From the NCBI RefSeq assembly GCF_009914755.1, contig NC_060928.1: a stretch of DNA of 64,000 nucleotides. One strand, written 5' to 3'. The notes under the pieces were generated by a model. It made no database searches, was not told where the DNA came from, and saw only the letters and a program-made list of their open reading frames with translations. The position numbers and the translations under genes are program-made. Of this stretch, positions 39,501 through 54,713 are shown one piece after another; the stretch's first letter is position 1; each line of letters begins with the position of its first letter. This stretch comes from the human T2T-CHM13v2.0 reference genome, Homo sapiens.

Positions 39501-42500
39501 GTGAGGTTACTTTTGGTGATTTTCAAAAGCCAGAAATATGGCTGTTTGGTGTGGTTGAAGTCGGGTAATAAGGGATTTATGCGGATTTTTTTTTCTTTTA
39601 AAGAGCACTATGGTTAAAAGTCAGCTTAATTAAAAGTGGATATACAAGCTATAGGTATATTCAAAAGACCCTTATGTTTTTTCTTCTCAGGACTTGTTTT
39701 TCTGGAAAAGGATATTTTCTCAGTTGACTGAATTATTTTTTTCCATTTTGTCTTGCCATTCTTTTTGCACACATGAGAGGCCCAAGATAACTTCTGATAG
39801 CCTGAGACTTCTTGGGAAAAACTTTACCAAGAGGACACCAGTTATCCCATTTTGGGCAAAAAAAAAAAAAACTGTTTTCCTCATGGAACCCCAGGAATTG
39901 AAAGCAGATAAGATTCCTCTCAAAATCTGTTTGTCTTCCAGCTAAGTCTGTTGGGCCCTCAAAGCTGCATGCTTTCCTAGTCCTGCTTTTTGAAGGACTC
40001 CACCCAGAGGCCAATAATCCAATTAGGAGGTTGGCAAATGAAAAATCTTATAACTACTGGATCTTCTTCTCTCTGTCTGTGTAATCATACATGTGTTATG
40101 TGTGTAATGTTTGTATAAAAAAGAGCTCTAATTAATTGGCTTAAAGAAAATAAGTGCTTAGATCAAATATTTTTGAAGGAAAAATAAAAGCGGTAATGTC
40201 TTTTCGTTCATGTGACGTTAATCTTTGAAAGATAAAAACAGTTTTAGATATGATTCATAAAGCAAAATGTCATCAGAATGTAAATATGTGGTCTAAATTA
40301 TGCAGGTGAGACACTGGGTTTGCTAAATGTTTTAAGGTTATAAACTGCTTCTTCAGCTTTTGAGAACTGACTCACCTGCTTTACAATTTGTAAGGCCTGG
40401 GAACATATGGAATTAACCACACCCCTAAATATGCTGGAAATAGTCGGGCTTTATCTGTGCTTAGTACGTAATTAAGATAACTTATCAGTTTTACATTAAA
40501 ATTAAAAATTGCTAAGAGTTTTGAGACTACTGAAAATAGCTTTACATGCAAGGTGTGTAAGAAAAGTAAAATGTGTTTTTAGTAAAATATTATAAGGAGA
40601 TATGGAAATAGGAATGTAAATTTTTGCCTAATTTAGAGGTTTAGAGGGTTGTTTTAAATTAGATAAGATAAAGCTAAAGATTTAAATAAGTTGTGGAAGG
40701 TTTGTAAAAATTAATCTTGCAAAAGAAATTCTGTGTGTGAACATTTTGACTCAATTATAATAGGTATTATATAGTTTTTCCATAAATTGAGTGTTGAAAT
40801 GAAAGAACAACAAGGTTTTTTAAGACACTGATCTGCTCTTTAACAGAAGTTATAAAGGGTTATAAAATGTTTATAAGAATCTCACCTCATAGTCAAACTA
40901 GTTAAGTTTGGATAGAATTATCTTAGGTTTCATTAAAAAAAATTGGGGTTGACATTAATAGTTAGACAAATGCAAGGGTGAAATTTGGCTTTCTCTCCAC
41001 TGAACAAGATTTTGATGTAATAGTGAAAAATAATGACAGTTTTTGTTTGCCTTGTGAATAAACTGCCGAAAAAGGGAAGGGAGAAATAGGAGACAGATTG
41101 TTTGGAAAGCTAAGTCTTCCTATTAATGAGTAAAACGTTTTTGCCTTTTAAAAAATTTTTGAGTCACCATTTTGGCTAAACAAATTACTTTATGGTAATT
41201 TGAAATTCCAATTCATAATATCAGTGTTTTAACCTCTTACATATTTAATAAACTTCCTAAAATCAAACTTATTTTCAAGGTTGTTTTTTCTGACCCCTAA
41301 CTTTTGAATGCTATAGAGGGCCCCTGGAGCATCCAAACAAGAGGTAAACAGGATTATTTGGCATGGGATTGCCAATATAAAAAGAATGTTTAATCTTCTT
41401 TAGGTTATATTTTGGTGAATAATATTAATACATGTTCCAATATTGTTATGGGATTTTAAAAATTCTACTGTCTGAGAATATGCTATCAACTATGATTAAG
41501 GTTATTATGTTAAGTTATTGTAAACCACAGAAATAACCAAATTTATTTGTCCATTTTGTTTTTAACTGTAACTACCCTGGACATTTTGACATTCACAGAC
41601 AATTGTTGTCTTGTTTTGTTCCTCTTCAAAAGATGGTTTATAATCACCTATAGAACTTTGCCAGGTGCTCTTAAATGCAGGTTTCTGATAGCCTTGAAAA
41701 CTGTGACATTGGAATAGAGAAATAACATACAGGACTCATGAAGAGCTAAAATGTTTATGAATATCAAGCAGAACAAAAGTTAACTGAATGGACTGAACTG
41801 ACAGAAAACTGAAGTAATCTTTTTAACTTTTTGCTGAAAACATTGCTGATCCTTGTTTTGCTTTTCAGAGTCAAAGAAACTTTTCTTTTTAGTTATCTAC
41901 AGCTTTTAACAATTGAGCCAGGTAACCATTTGTGAATAAAATTTGTAGCCTATTTGTTTCTCTCTGCCTGGTTTCTCCAGAATTTGGAAACTACTGTTGA
42001 GTATTCTTAATTTATGGTGATATAGTCATTTGCATAAGTGCAATAAGAATCCATTTTCTTTTGTGACAGGACACGATTGGAGAAACTGGTTGTTTTTACC
42101 AAGGCTTTAACTGGAAGGGTATGCTTCCCTTTAAGGAATCAAGGTTGACTTGCAGAGCCAATAAAAGCCCCTTGGGAATATTCACCTCATATCTTGTCTA
42201 CACAGTCTCCTTATAGGTTTCCTAACCTGTGGTGAGTAAAGTATGTCAATTTCTAACAGCCCCAGGAGCCCCATGTTATCTTGGGACCTCCAGAAGTGTG
42301 GAATTTACCCAACTCACAGATGTTTGAGGGTAAAAACCCATGACTGCATTTGTTTTTAAAAAGTCTTATGTGAGATTCCTTATAGAACAGAGTTTCATCA
42401 AAGCCAATTTAAAAAGCCTATGTAAAAAATAATTATTCTTGCTGCACTTTATGGAAATTATCAAGCCAAGGATAAGAAAAAAGTTTATTATGCAAACAAC

Positions 42501-43480
42501 TGAGTCCTATCATAATTTGTATTTACAAAAATGAACACTGGAGAGAGAAAAAATATATTTCAAAACTTATACACTTGTCATTAAATTTCCATCTCATTAG
42601 TTGTTTTTAAGTTTTTGCCTACATTTTAAACTAACTGTGCTTATTCCTGTGAACCAAACTGTAATCTCTGGCTGCAGCTCAGAAAAAAACAAAAGGGATG
42701 GGCCATCAAAGTGCAAATGATAATGCAACCAGAGCTTTGGACGATGGCTCTTTTTTACTGGGGACCTTTACACAGGCCTCTGAGGAAGATCTGACTGACA
42801 TTTTCCCAAAACAGTGCCCCTTATTGGCAAGAAGCAGTTAAGATTTGTCTTTGTCCTTGTTCTAATGGCAATTTTATGTACCTCTTCAGAAGGGGGAAAT
42901 GAGATTGGCAGGAGGCAGCCAAATGCCTATGCAGATAGGGGCAGGTCCCCAGTGAAGCCTCACCTTCAAGCCAAAACAGGCTAAATGCTGAAAGTTTGGA
43001 CTTCTGGTCCAGGATCAAACCTATGACCCAGAGTGAGAACTTCTGTTTCTGTTTACCTGCCTTTTTCCAATTGATTATTTCTGAATAATGCATTTTAACT
43101 AATGGAATATTGCCTTTTCCCATACTACTCATGGCCTGCCCCTCTCCTATTCTGAGCTCATAAGAAGCCCTACACCCAGCCATGCTGGGAGGAGAGAACC
43201 ACCCAACTGTGGGGTTGGAGGACCATGCCCCTGTGTCCCTTCTGTGTTGAGATCTGTTCCGTCACTCAACAAAATTCTCTGCCCTTCTCATATTTCAGTT
43301 TCCAGCTTATTCTCATTCTTCTTGGATGTGGTACAAGAGTTCAGGAACTACTGTACATGGATTCAAGCTACAACACAGGTGAGTTGGGGTATGCCAGCAT
43401 GGCCAAGGGGGTCCCAGGTGAGGTTTTGCCAGCCACAGGTCCCCAGCTTGCAAAGTGACCAAGAAGAAAATCCTTCATTG
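36590..43480 (+). mobile_element. Non-autonomous ERV1 provirus with MER61-like LTRs (5'LTR 36590-37136, 3'LTR 42900-43480)
   Basis: Homologous LTR pair (ccaaatgcctaggcagataggg...caccttcaagccaaaa); PPT agaagggggaaa before 42900; 4-bp TSD taag (36586-36589 and 43481-43484); AT-rich MER4-group internal region with no intact ORF. Confidence 0.9.
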
Positions 43481-43812
43481 TAAGGGAAGAAGAATATAAT
43501 GCAAATTTTCCCCACAAGAGACAGCTTTGCAGGTCTATTTCAAAACATGTCAAATAAATATATTTGGGGGTAAAATACTTTGATTTAGTTCAAGGCCTGC
43601 TTTCTGGCATGTGATGCTATACCAGAGTCAGGTTGAAATTTGGTGTCTTATTGTCACAAAGAATCTGTTTTGTCTGTCTTTAGATCTTTGTTTTCGTGTT
43701 AATTCTGGTCAGAAGTGTCTAAACTCCAAAGGGAAGAGGGTATAATGAGGCATTTCTGACCCCTCCCTTCCCATCTTAGCCTAAACTACTTTTTCAGGTT
43801 TCTTTGAGATTC
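43481..43812 (-). mobile_element. MER4 (D/E-like) LTR, right piece, truncated
   Basis: tttccccacaagagacagctttgcagg...ggtataatgaggcat continues the MER4 LTR across the provirus. Confidence 0.85.
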
Positions 43813-46800
43813 TAGATGCTATACCTTTCAGCTGTGTCTGCTTTTCACATATTTAAATATTAAGCCCTAAAAACTGCAAATGCTTTGCTGGCCCAGCTCC
43901 TTAATGGGCTCAATCCTGAGCTCAACAGTCCAGTTGGAAAATAGACTAAAATAAAAAGCCATCGTGTAAATAAAATTGGTCTTCTTTTAGAAGCCTATGG
44001 CAAATTTTTATAATTTTTTGCTACCTTGACATCCATTTTTAATCTTTCCCTAGCTATACACACAAACTCCTTCTTGAAAAAGCTTAAATTCTCTCTCTCT
44101 CTCTCTGGGCTTTGAAATGTAAATTTGCTACCCTGTTTTCTCTAAAACTCAGTGAGGGCTTCAGCCATGTGGGACAGATAAACCTTAACCTTTTCCATTT
44201 ACAAAGGCACAGTTCAAATCCAATTGTCCTTTTAAACTTGTGAGTTTTAGAGGTCTCATGGCTAAAATTTTAAAATCAAGCCGTAGTCTTTCTATTTGTC
44301 TGCATTTTTATGTATATGTGCTTACCTGTCTCTGTAAATTCTCCTTATGGTACCAAATTGACTTATAAATAAATGAGTTCTCATAAATTAAGTAAATAAT
44401 CCCAAATGCTTTTCAAATTCACATTGCTTTAGTAATCTCATGGTATATGAGATAAGTTTAATGTTGTTGGTTTAATAAAAATAACTATGTCTTTTGAGTT
44501 ATCAGCAATACATGCATGTGTTTAACTTTAAGGTCCTTCCTTTTATAATACTTGCCTGACATACAGTAATATAAAAATAGTAAACAAAAAATTTAACTTG
44601 AGATGATGGCTGGATTTCTCTAATGTTTCATGACACTTTTAAAACATAATTGTTAAGAATAAATAGACGTAAATGGAATAAATGTTTATCAATTAACTTT
44701 TAATAATACTTATGTGTTATAATATGTTTACTTATAAAGATTTCTCAAATTTTTTGGCAACTGTACTTTTAGATTTTTGCTAAGCAAGGTGATATTATAT
44801 ACATTCATTGAATATCTAAATTATTTCCAAATAAGATATAGTGCCAAGACATTAATTACTATAATAAATATAAGTTTAAGCTCATATATTTTGGCTTATT
44901 TCAGAGAAACAAGAAAGTTATTTAGATCTATTAGTAAATATGACCTGTTTCCCATTTTTAAAATGTTCTTTTGGAAAGCCCGTATTTCTAAAAGTTATAA
45001 AATATGTAATCATACACTGTTAGTGTGTGGCTACCAATTAAAAATTGATAGCTTCCAAGGATTTTTTTTACTGATATTAAGACTTTCTAAGAGTTAGCAT
45101 TGTAATCAATATTTGTAATAAAAACTACTCAATAGAAGAAAAATACATCTGTATGCAAATTCTAAAAAAAGTGCTTTTGATAAAAAAGACAGTAAAACAT
45201 GAAAATGTGTTTTTTTGTTAAAGAAAAATCACTTTTTTCTAGTTAGGAAGTTACTTAAAGGTTGCTTTAATATAAATGAAATAACAAATAAAATTCAATG
45301 GGTATAAAATGTTGGGAAAAGAAAGACAATGAAAATATTGTAAGAGGTTATAAAAGGTTTATAAAAATCTTATTTTTTGTGGTCAAAGCTGATTGAGATT
45401 GGATAGACCTGTTTATAAGGTTTTCTTAAGATGTACTTTAGCATCAATAATACACTGATGTAAAGGTAGAATTTAGTTTATTTTTTGAATACTATTTTTA
45501 TATAGTATTAATAAGAAATAGCAAAAGATTTTATTACCTTTTAAGTAAACTGCAGACAATTAATAGGAGAGATTTTGTTCCATGCTGTCTTCAGTAGGTG
45601 TTCTGATTATTTTGAAAATTGAGTCTCTTCGCTATTGAAGAGTAAAGGTTTTTGCTTTTTGAACTCTTCAAATTATTTCTTTGGCTAAATAAATATTTTA
45701 CAGTGACCTGTAATTCTATTTTGATCAAGTGTTTTAAATACTTGATATTTGACAAACTTTCCAAAATCAGTTTTAAAATTCTAAATTAAGTTTTTGACCT
45801 CAAATTTAACTTTTGGACTCTGGTATATAAAAGTCATATGGAAAACTATGTTAAATAAGAAAGTAAGAAATGATGTTTGACTTTTTATAGTTATATTTGT
45901 GTAAATGTGTTATTACTATGTCTTCCAAAATTGTATGAGGTTCTCAAAATTCATATACATATTGGTATATGTTATCAGTCATAATTATAATTATTATGTG
46001 AAATTATTGTATGCCATACAAATAACTTAATTTCCTTGTCAATTGTGTCTTTCGCCAAGGTTATTCTAAGTCTTGTCGACATACAACTATTGCTTTACTT
46101 TGATTCTTCTCACAAAGTGGTTTATAATTATCCATAATCCAAAATTTGTATCTTCTTCAAGGAAATTCATGGAAAAGACCCTGATAATTATTCCTGAGTA
46201 CAGATTTTTGATAACTTTAGAGACCATACTATTGGACTAGGTAGAAGCTTTCAAAACTAATTAAAAAGCTGATGTGTTTATGAAAATTGCTAACTACATC
46301 AAGTAAAACTATAGTTAATTACATGAAATTGAACTGGTAGAGATCTAAAATGATTTTTATGACTCTTTTTGCTTGAAACATTGATGATTCTCTCTATCTT
46401 TTGTTTTCCAGAGTCAAGAAACTTATTATATTTGAGCTATTAATAGTTACAGCAATTTGGACAAAGTATGCTCTTGTGAGCAAAACTGAAATATTTACCT
46501 TTCTCTCTCTACCTGAATTCTCCAGAATGCAGAAACTATCAGGGATTATCTTTATTTTATGGCAATATAGTTATCTGTATAAGTTCAATAAGAATATGTT
46601 TTCTTTTCTAATAGAACACAATTGAAAATGCTGGTTATTTTACCAAGGCTTTGACCTGAATGACATATTTTCAGATATGAACAAATTGCTTTGAGAAATT
46701 GAATTTGACTTACAGAGCTGATAAAAGTTTCCTTTAAAAGACTGGCCTGGCACCTTGTCTACATGGTTTCCTTACAAGATTCCTGACCTTGTGGTGTGTA

Positions 46801-47918
46801 AAGAATGTCACTTGTTAACACTCCCAAGATCTGCAAGATATTTTAGAAACTTAAGATTTTTTTGTGACCTCGAGATAAATGGAATTCACCCAGTTTGAAT
46901 AGGTATCACAGGCACAATCTAGTGGCAAAAATTTCTCTTGGATTTTTGGCCTTGAGGGGCTTTTAAAAGTCTAATCTGGTATTTCTTATGAAAAAGTTCT
47001 AGAAAAGCCGGTTGAAAACAGTCTATATGTTCAATTACTATTTTTGATGTACTTTATTAAAAAAAATCAGACCAAGTATAATAAAACTAAAGCTTATTTC
47101 AAAAATAAATTGGTATTAATATGTGCTGAAAAAATGGGACTGGAGGGAGAAATATTATGTTTTGGAAAAAAAAAACAACTAAATTACACCTATTATTAGA
47201 TTATAGTCCTAATCATTGTTTTTGAGTTGTATTCTTTGCCTATAATTTGGGCTGAATTCTTTCCTGGGTACAAATGTCCAAACTAATGTGTTCAAAATTT
47301 CCTCCCAGTTTTCTCACATGAAATCACTAGAAATTAAAACTTTGATTTTTCTGAAGCCCTGCAAACTAAAGCTAGACAACTTAATATAAACTTAGCAGAG
47401 ATCACTATAACAGCTTATATATAAACAGCCTTCATGCCTGTTGATGTGTGAACTACTCAAGAAGTTTATTTGAACATCTGATTCAAACTACAGTTCAAGA
47501 AAAATCTTTCAAATTACCACTGCAATCTGAAGAGATTTCAGAAACTCTACAAAAACTAGTTTATATACTAGTCCAAACATTAACTTTCAGTTTCCTTCTG
47601 TTTCCATAGAATTGCTTCTTATAAAACATCTGTTTGCCTGCATGATATATAAAGGGCTAGCCCATCTACAATGTCACCTCCTGGATGGGACACAGCTGTT
47701 CAGCCAAACTGATGTATTCTCAGCACTAGGAGACTGATTCAAGCAGATATGAGATAATACACTTAAATTTGTTCTTGTCTTCTATTCCATTTTTTTCCCT
47801 TCTTACGCCTAGGTTTTTTTTTTTTTTTTTTCTAAGAACCTCTAATCCAAATCTTTCCACAGTAATGAATCAAGTCTTTTATGTGTGAAACTTCTAGGAA
47901 AATTTCAGATAGGGTGAA
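43813..47918 (+). mobile_element. MER4-group ERV1 internal sequence (5'-deleted)
   Basis: Collinear similarity with the 40-42.6 kb internal region (e.g. ttttaccaaggcttt, aagaatgtcact); ends in a PPT-like tract before an LTR. Confidence 0.8.
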
Positions 47919-48476
47919 TAAAGTAGTGCCGGGAACTTTAGCCTCAAATATGGCTCCATGGTATAATGAGTATTTGAAATTAAAAGCACTTGGAGATCAA
48001 CAGACTTTGGCAGAATCTTTTCCCCTATCTACATAAAGACCAGAGGAACTCACCAAGGAAGACACTTGTTTTTTTCTTCCTTTCCCTTTTATTTCATTAT
48101 CTATTGCACAAAAGAAGGCAGGAATAGAATGACACCTGGACAGATCTTTTCACAAGATAATGTCCGTTTCAAACTCATTCAATTTCTAAAGAGAACAATT
48201 TACAAGTTAAACTCCATTTCTAGATGCTTTCATTCTCTCTGGTAATAATTTATTTCCTCTCCACAGAATTACCTATGTTCTGCATTCCTTCCCTCCCCTC
48301 TGAAATAAGAATATATAATTTGGGACCCATTGGGATATTGACTAATTACTCTATGAATCTCTCTCATGTACACATTAATAAATTTGTATGCCATTCTTCA
48401 TTTTAAACTACCTTTGACAGTTGATTTTTCAATGAACTTTATGAGGATAAAGGAGTTTTTTCCCTTGGCCCCTACA
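47919..48476 (+). mobile_element. ERV1 3' LTR of the MER34/MER39/LTR29 group
   Basis: aaatatggctccatggtataatgagtattt...attaataaatttgtatgcc...ttcccttggcccctaca. Confidence 0.8.
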
Positions 48477-48638
48477 TGAGCAAAATGAATTTATCAAAGT
48501 AATTAAAAAAAACACAGAAATCAAAGAATACAACAGTACGGTGATTATATTAACTTTCACTTTAAGACAACTTCTATACACAATAGTATTTGTACTATTC
48601 ATTCTGTTAACTTTATTATTCATCTTTTTAAAGCAATT

Positions 48639-48696
48639 ATTGATGTTAAAATTGGTGGGATGAAATAATTGATGTTAAAATTGGTGGGATGAAATA
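48639..48696. repeat. Perfect 29-bp tandem duplication
   Basis: attgatgttaaaattggtgggatgaaata x2. Confidence 0.97.
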
Positions 48697-49267
48697 ACAA
48701 GAAAATGTCTATTTTTTTTTTTTCTGAAGCCCAAAGAGACCTGGTAATGAGAGGCAATGCCATATTTCTCAGGTTACTGAAAAAATAAAATTGAGCCATA
48801 TGCTTGTGCTTTTGTTATGAGTTATATTTATGAGATATGCATAGTGAAATTTTTCAAACTATTAGAAAACACTTGCTTATTATCCATTTAATGTTTTCTA
48901 TGCTCCTGTCTCCCATTAGAGAAGATTCAAAAATGCAAGAAAAAACTAGCAGAGTGACAATATATTTTATAGACAAAAATCTTCAAAAGGAAAGAAAAAA
49001 TATTGAGGGAAACTCAATCCATGACAACCATGCCAAGATAATCACATTTCAACAACCATTATTAAAATACTTTATGTCAGAATTATTCTGCTTTTTAACA
49101 GTTGATTACACTGAGCCTAGCTTACAGGGTTACTTGACTTTATTACACACAAGGTTTTTTATAATGATTGTTTCATTGTCAGATCATTGTTATTTCTGGA
49201 TAGAATAAGTTTTCTGCTATGGAAGTGATTTGGTGGCCTACAATTATAAACCTGCCTCAACTGATTT

Positions 49268-49955
49268 TGTTAGCAGTGATGAATCCGTATGGGTCTGTAG
49301 CAACTTGAGTCTTGCCTCCTTGGACAAAATAATTCAGCTGAAGGGTATAAGGCAGAGTGAGAGACCAAGGCAGATTTTGGAGCAGGAATGAAAGCTTATC
49401 AAAAAGTTTTAGAGCAGGAAAAGGAAGTAAAGTACACTTGGAAGAGGGCCAAGAGGGCTACTTGAGAGATCCAACTGCTCCATACGAACTTTGACTTGGA
49501 GTTTGTACATTGGTATGATCCCGGGGTTTGTGTTTCTCCTCCCTTGATTTTTTCTTAGGGCAGGCTGTCCACATGCACAGTGGCCTGCCAGCACTTGGGA
49601 GGGACCGCATGTGCAGTGTGTTTACTAAAATCGTGTTCATGCTCATTTGAGGCGCTTTTCCCTTACCAATCAGTTGTTCCTAGAGGAAGGTCAAATATCA
49701 GTTAAACTCTGCCATTTTGCCTCTCAGTGTACATGCTTGAGCCTACTCGCCGAACTTCTGAGATCTTATTGGGAAGCTGCTGATCACCGGCTTAAGGTGT
49801 ATTGTTTCTATTGGGAGACTGCCTTTCCCTGGCACCACCTGTGACCAATGATTATCTTAGTTTAACAACCACCTGTCACCTGGGGTAGGGGACATTCCTA
49901 GGGTAGTGGACCTTCTCCTGCCCTGCTCATGTTTGTCTAGCTACCTACTGTAAAA
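49268..49955 (-). mobile_element. MER51-type solo LTR (ERV1)
   Basis: tgttagcagtgatgaatccgtatgggtctg...ctagctacctactgtaaaa; TSD attt (49264-49267 and 49956-49959). Confidence 0.9.
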
Positions 49956-50118
49956 ATTTCACATTTCCAATGAAGTATTTCAGTCATGTCTTCTTCTTGT
50001 TGCTTCCAGAAAAAGAAATAACTTTAAATAATTTAGAAATCCCATCTTCAAATTATGCTTTTCTCAAGATTTGCTACCTTTATTTGCTTTATTTCAGCTT
50101 AGCAGTCATGCGTTAATC

Positions 50119-50233
50119 TAAGTTTACCAACCATGCTGTTTTTCTTGAGACTGAGGAAATTTCCTGGACAGAGTTCTTTCAGTGCTAAAATTAGGAAACT
50201 CCTAGGCAAAAACAAGGATGACTGGTCACTCTA
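50119..50233. mobile_element. MER81-like hAT-Blackjack MITE
   Basis: gactgagg...tttcagtgctaaaa...ggatgactggtcactcta. Confidence 0.7.
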
Positions 50234-50518
50234 TCCTTACCCTTTATCTAAATAGATCATGGTTATCAATCACTTTCTATCTCTAATCTTTAGACACATT
50301 AATTAGCTTCTTTTAGCTAAAACTTTGAGATTTAGTTGTTACGTATAAAATGAAAATTAATAATTTTACCCTCCTAAAGTTGTTAAAGGAAATAAAAATA
50401 ATTCAGTAGACTCTAGCACAGGTCTTTACTCATAATAGATGGGCAATAAGTGATATTTCTCTGGATATTCTGCTCTATTCTTAAGAAATGGAAAACATTG
50501 CTAGATACATACAATACA

Positions 50519-52066
50519 TGAGGAATCTTGGAAATGTTTATGAAAAATGCATAATATGTGAAAACTATGCATGGATTTTAATTTTTTTTGCAGCAAAATA
50601 AATTCATGTAAACTTGTTATAACATGTTTGAACATGATCTGCAAAACAGTATGGTTGGTAATCCTAGATGAGGACATGACTGATACATTGAAATAAAGCA
50701 AATCAAGGTGGTAAATCTTGAGAACAGCGTAATTTAATGATGAGATTTCTAAATTATTTGAAGTTACTTTTTTTTTTTTTTTTTTTGCTAGAAGCAACAC
50801 GAAAAATAAGACTTGATTCTGAAATACTTTACTATAAGTGTTAAACCTGTTAAGGCGGGTTTATAATTATAACCCACCAATTTTAAACCTCATATCCATT
50901 TGAGGTAATAAGAAAGATAAGACATCAGTTTGAAAAAAGCCCCATCAGAGTAACATGAATTCTGCTAAAATTAAAGAAAGAACAAACATCAAACTTATAG
51001 TGAAGCTTGAATGGAAGGAAAGTGAAATTATTGATGCTTTACAAAAATTTATGGACATAATGCCCCAAAGAAATCAGCAGTTTAAAAATGGGTAACTTGT
51101 TTTACAGGATAAAACAATGTTGAAAATGAAGTCAATAGCTGCAGACCATCCACACTAATTTGTGAGAAAAAAAATCATCTTGTTCATGCCTTAATTGAAG
51201 AGGACCAACAATTAACAGCTCAAATGATAGTAAACAATATAGACATCTTAATTGGTTCAGATTACACCACTTGACTAAAAATTACACTTGAGCAAACTTT
51301 ATACTTGATGGGTGCCAAAACCATTGTGCCCAGTCAGCTGTAGACAACAGTAGAGCTTTCAGTGGAAATTTTGAACAAGTGGGATAACAATTATAAAGCA
51401 TTTTTTCAAAGAATTGGAACAGGTGATAAAACATGGCTTTACCCAGACTATTTTGAAGGCAAAGCACAAGCAAAGAAATAATTACCAAGAGGTGAAATTG
51501 GTCCAGGTAAAGCAAAAACAGACCAGTCAAGAACAAAGGTCAAGGCAGCAGTTTTAAGGGATACGCAATGCATTTTGCTTATTGATTTTCCAGAAGGCCA
51601 AAGAATGATAACATCTGTTTATTATGAGAGTGTTTTGAGAAAGTCAGCCGTAGCTTTAGGAGAAAAGCACCCAGGAAAGCTTCACCAAGAGCCCTTCTCC
51701 ACCACGACAATGTTCCTGCTCACTCCTCTCTTCAAACAAGGTCAATTTTATGAGAATTTTCATGGGAAATCATTATATTTATACCTTAAAGTCCTGATTT
51801 GGCTCCTTCTGACTTCTTTTTGTTTCCTGATATTAAAAACAATCTCTAAAGGAAACCCATTTTTCTTTAGTTAATAATGTAATGAACCATTGACATGGTT
51901 AAATTCTCAAGACCTGCAATTCTTTTGAGATGGATGGATGAAATTAATGGTACTATCACCTACAAAAGTGTCTTGAACTTGATGAAACTTATAATGAGAA
52001 ATAAATTTTACAATTTTACTATTTCTCCTTTAATTCAATTTTCCACAAATTTTTGAAGTCCTCCTG
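50519..52066 (+). mobile_element. Full-length HSMAR2 mariner with a 258-bp insert at 50641-50898
   Basis: TIR-like ends (tgaggaatcttggaaatgtttatgaaaaa / ttttccacaaatttttgaagtcctcctg); 5'UTR aaaactatgcatggattt; transposase start atgaattctgctaaaatt. Confidence 0.93.
50955..52004 (+). pseudogene. Decayed Hsmar2 mariner transposase
   Basis: Starts MNSAKIKERTNIK. ORF 51575 gives LIDFPEGQRMITSVYYESVLRK..EKHPGKLHQ, typical of the mariner catalytic domain. Multiple stops and frameshifts. Confidence 0.9.
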
Positions 52067-52259
52067 TGTAAATATCTTCCAAAATAAAAGCAAATAACAT
52101 TAGAAAATTTGTGTAATAAAAGTAAAGTCAGTTCTCAGAAGAAATAATATAACATAAGCATATAAAGAAGTAGAATGACCCCAGAAATAAAAATAGATAC
52201 ATTCTTGAAAACAGATTTTATTTTAAATTAAGTGACCAAGAAAACTATAGCAATAAAAG

Positions 52260-53160
52260 TAATGTTCATGTATGGTATTGCTAAGAGTGTTAGAAATCAA
52301 TATTCACATACTCTTTGTTGGAGATATAAATTTGCATTATCTTTATAAAGGCTGATAGACACTATATCAAAGTTTTCAGTAAACACATCATTTGACCAAT
52401 AATTTCATTACTAGTACTCTCTCCTATAGCAGTGCTTGCATATATAGCCAAAGCTATGTAGTCAAAAATTTCCATTTCAGCACATCATTTAAAAGGAAAA
52501 AATTAGTAAGCAATCCAAGAGTTAAATATATTATGATGAGTCTATACTCATCTGCCATACTATGAAATATTACAAAACCTTTACAAACAGTGATATAAAT
52601 CTATGAGAAAAGTCTCTAATGTAGTATTTTTTAACAAAGGGAAGAAAAGGCCGGGCACAGTGGCTCACGCCTGTAATCCTAGCATTTTGGGAGGCCTAGG
52701 TGAGTGGATCACCTGCGGTCAGAAATTCAAGATCAGCCTGGCCAACATGGTGAAACCCTGTCTCCACTAAAAATACAAAAATTTGCCAGGAGTGGTGGCA
52801 GGCATGTGTAATCCCAGCTACTCAGGAGGCTGAGGCAGGAGAATCGCCTGAACCCAGGAGGCAGAGGTTGCAGTGAGCTGAGATCACGCCAGTTCATTCC
52901 AGCCTGGGCGAAACAGCGAAACTCCATCTCAAAAAAAATAAATAAATAAATAAAAAGGAAGAAAAATACTAAACATAAATAAGCATATTATGCCATTCAC
53001 AAATAGAAAAATATTTCTTCTGAAAGATGATATGCATATGAAAGACACAGAAAGAAAGGAAGACAGCAACAGACTGACAGTTATCTAGAAATATGCACCA
53101 TATCATTTAAAGTTAATTTGCATTGGAGAATGGAACTGTGAAACAGGAAAAATATTTAGC
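52260..53160 (+). mobile_element. Old L1 (L1ME-like) 3' region, interrupted by an Alu
   Basis: atttgaccaataatttcattactag and related degenerate L1M motifs. Edges approximate. Confidence 0.55.
52649..52955 (+). mobile_element. Full-length AluS
   Basis: ggccgggcacagtggctcacgcc...ctccatctc(A)n(TAAA)n; TSD about ggaagaaaa. Confidence 0.96.
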
Positions 53161-53166
53161 ATTGTA

Positions 53167-54713
<1,547 letters not shown>

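Noticed and set aside
40600-47250. Direct similarity between ~40.6-42.6 kb and ~45.3-47.2 kb as a segmental duplication
   Set aside because: The match is patchy and diverged, and is explained by two related MER4-group internal sequences.
48640-48661. Resemblance of the 29-bp unit (gttaaaattggtggg) to the end of the HSMAR2 insert on the minus strand
   Set aside because: The match is short and AT-rich, and the insert is already explained by the 49220 donor, so it is probably chance.
50955-52004. Domesticated or active mariner transposase
   Set aside because: The frame is broken by several stops and frameshifts; only a fragment survives in the ORF track.
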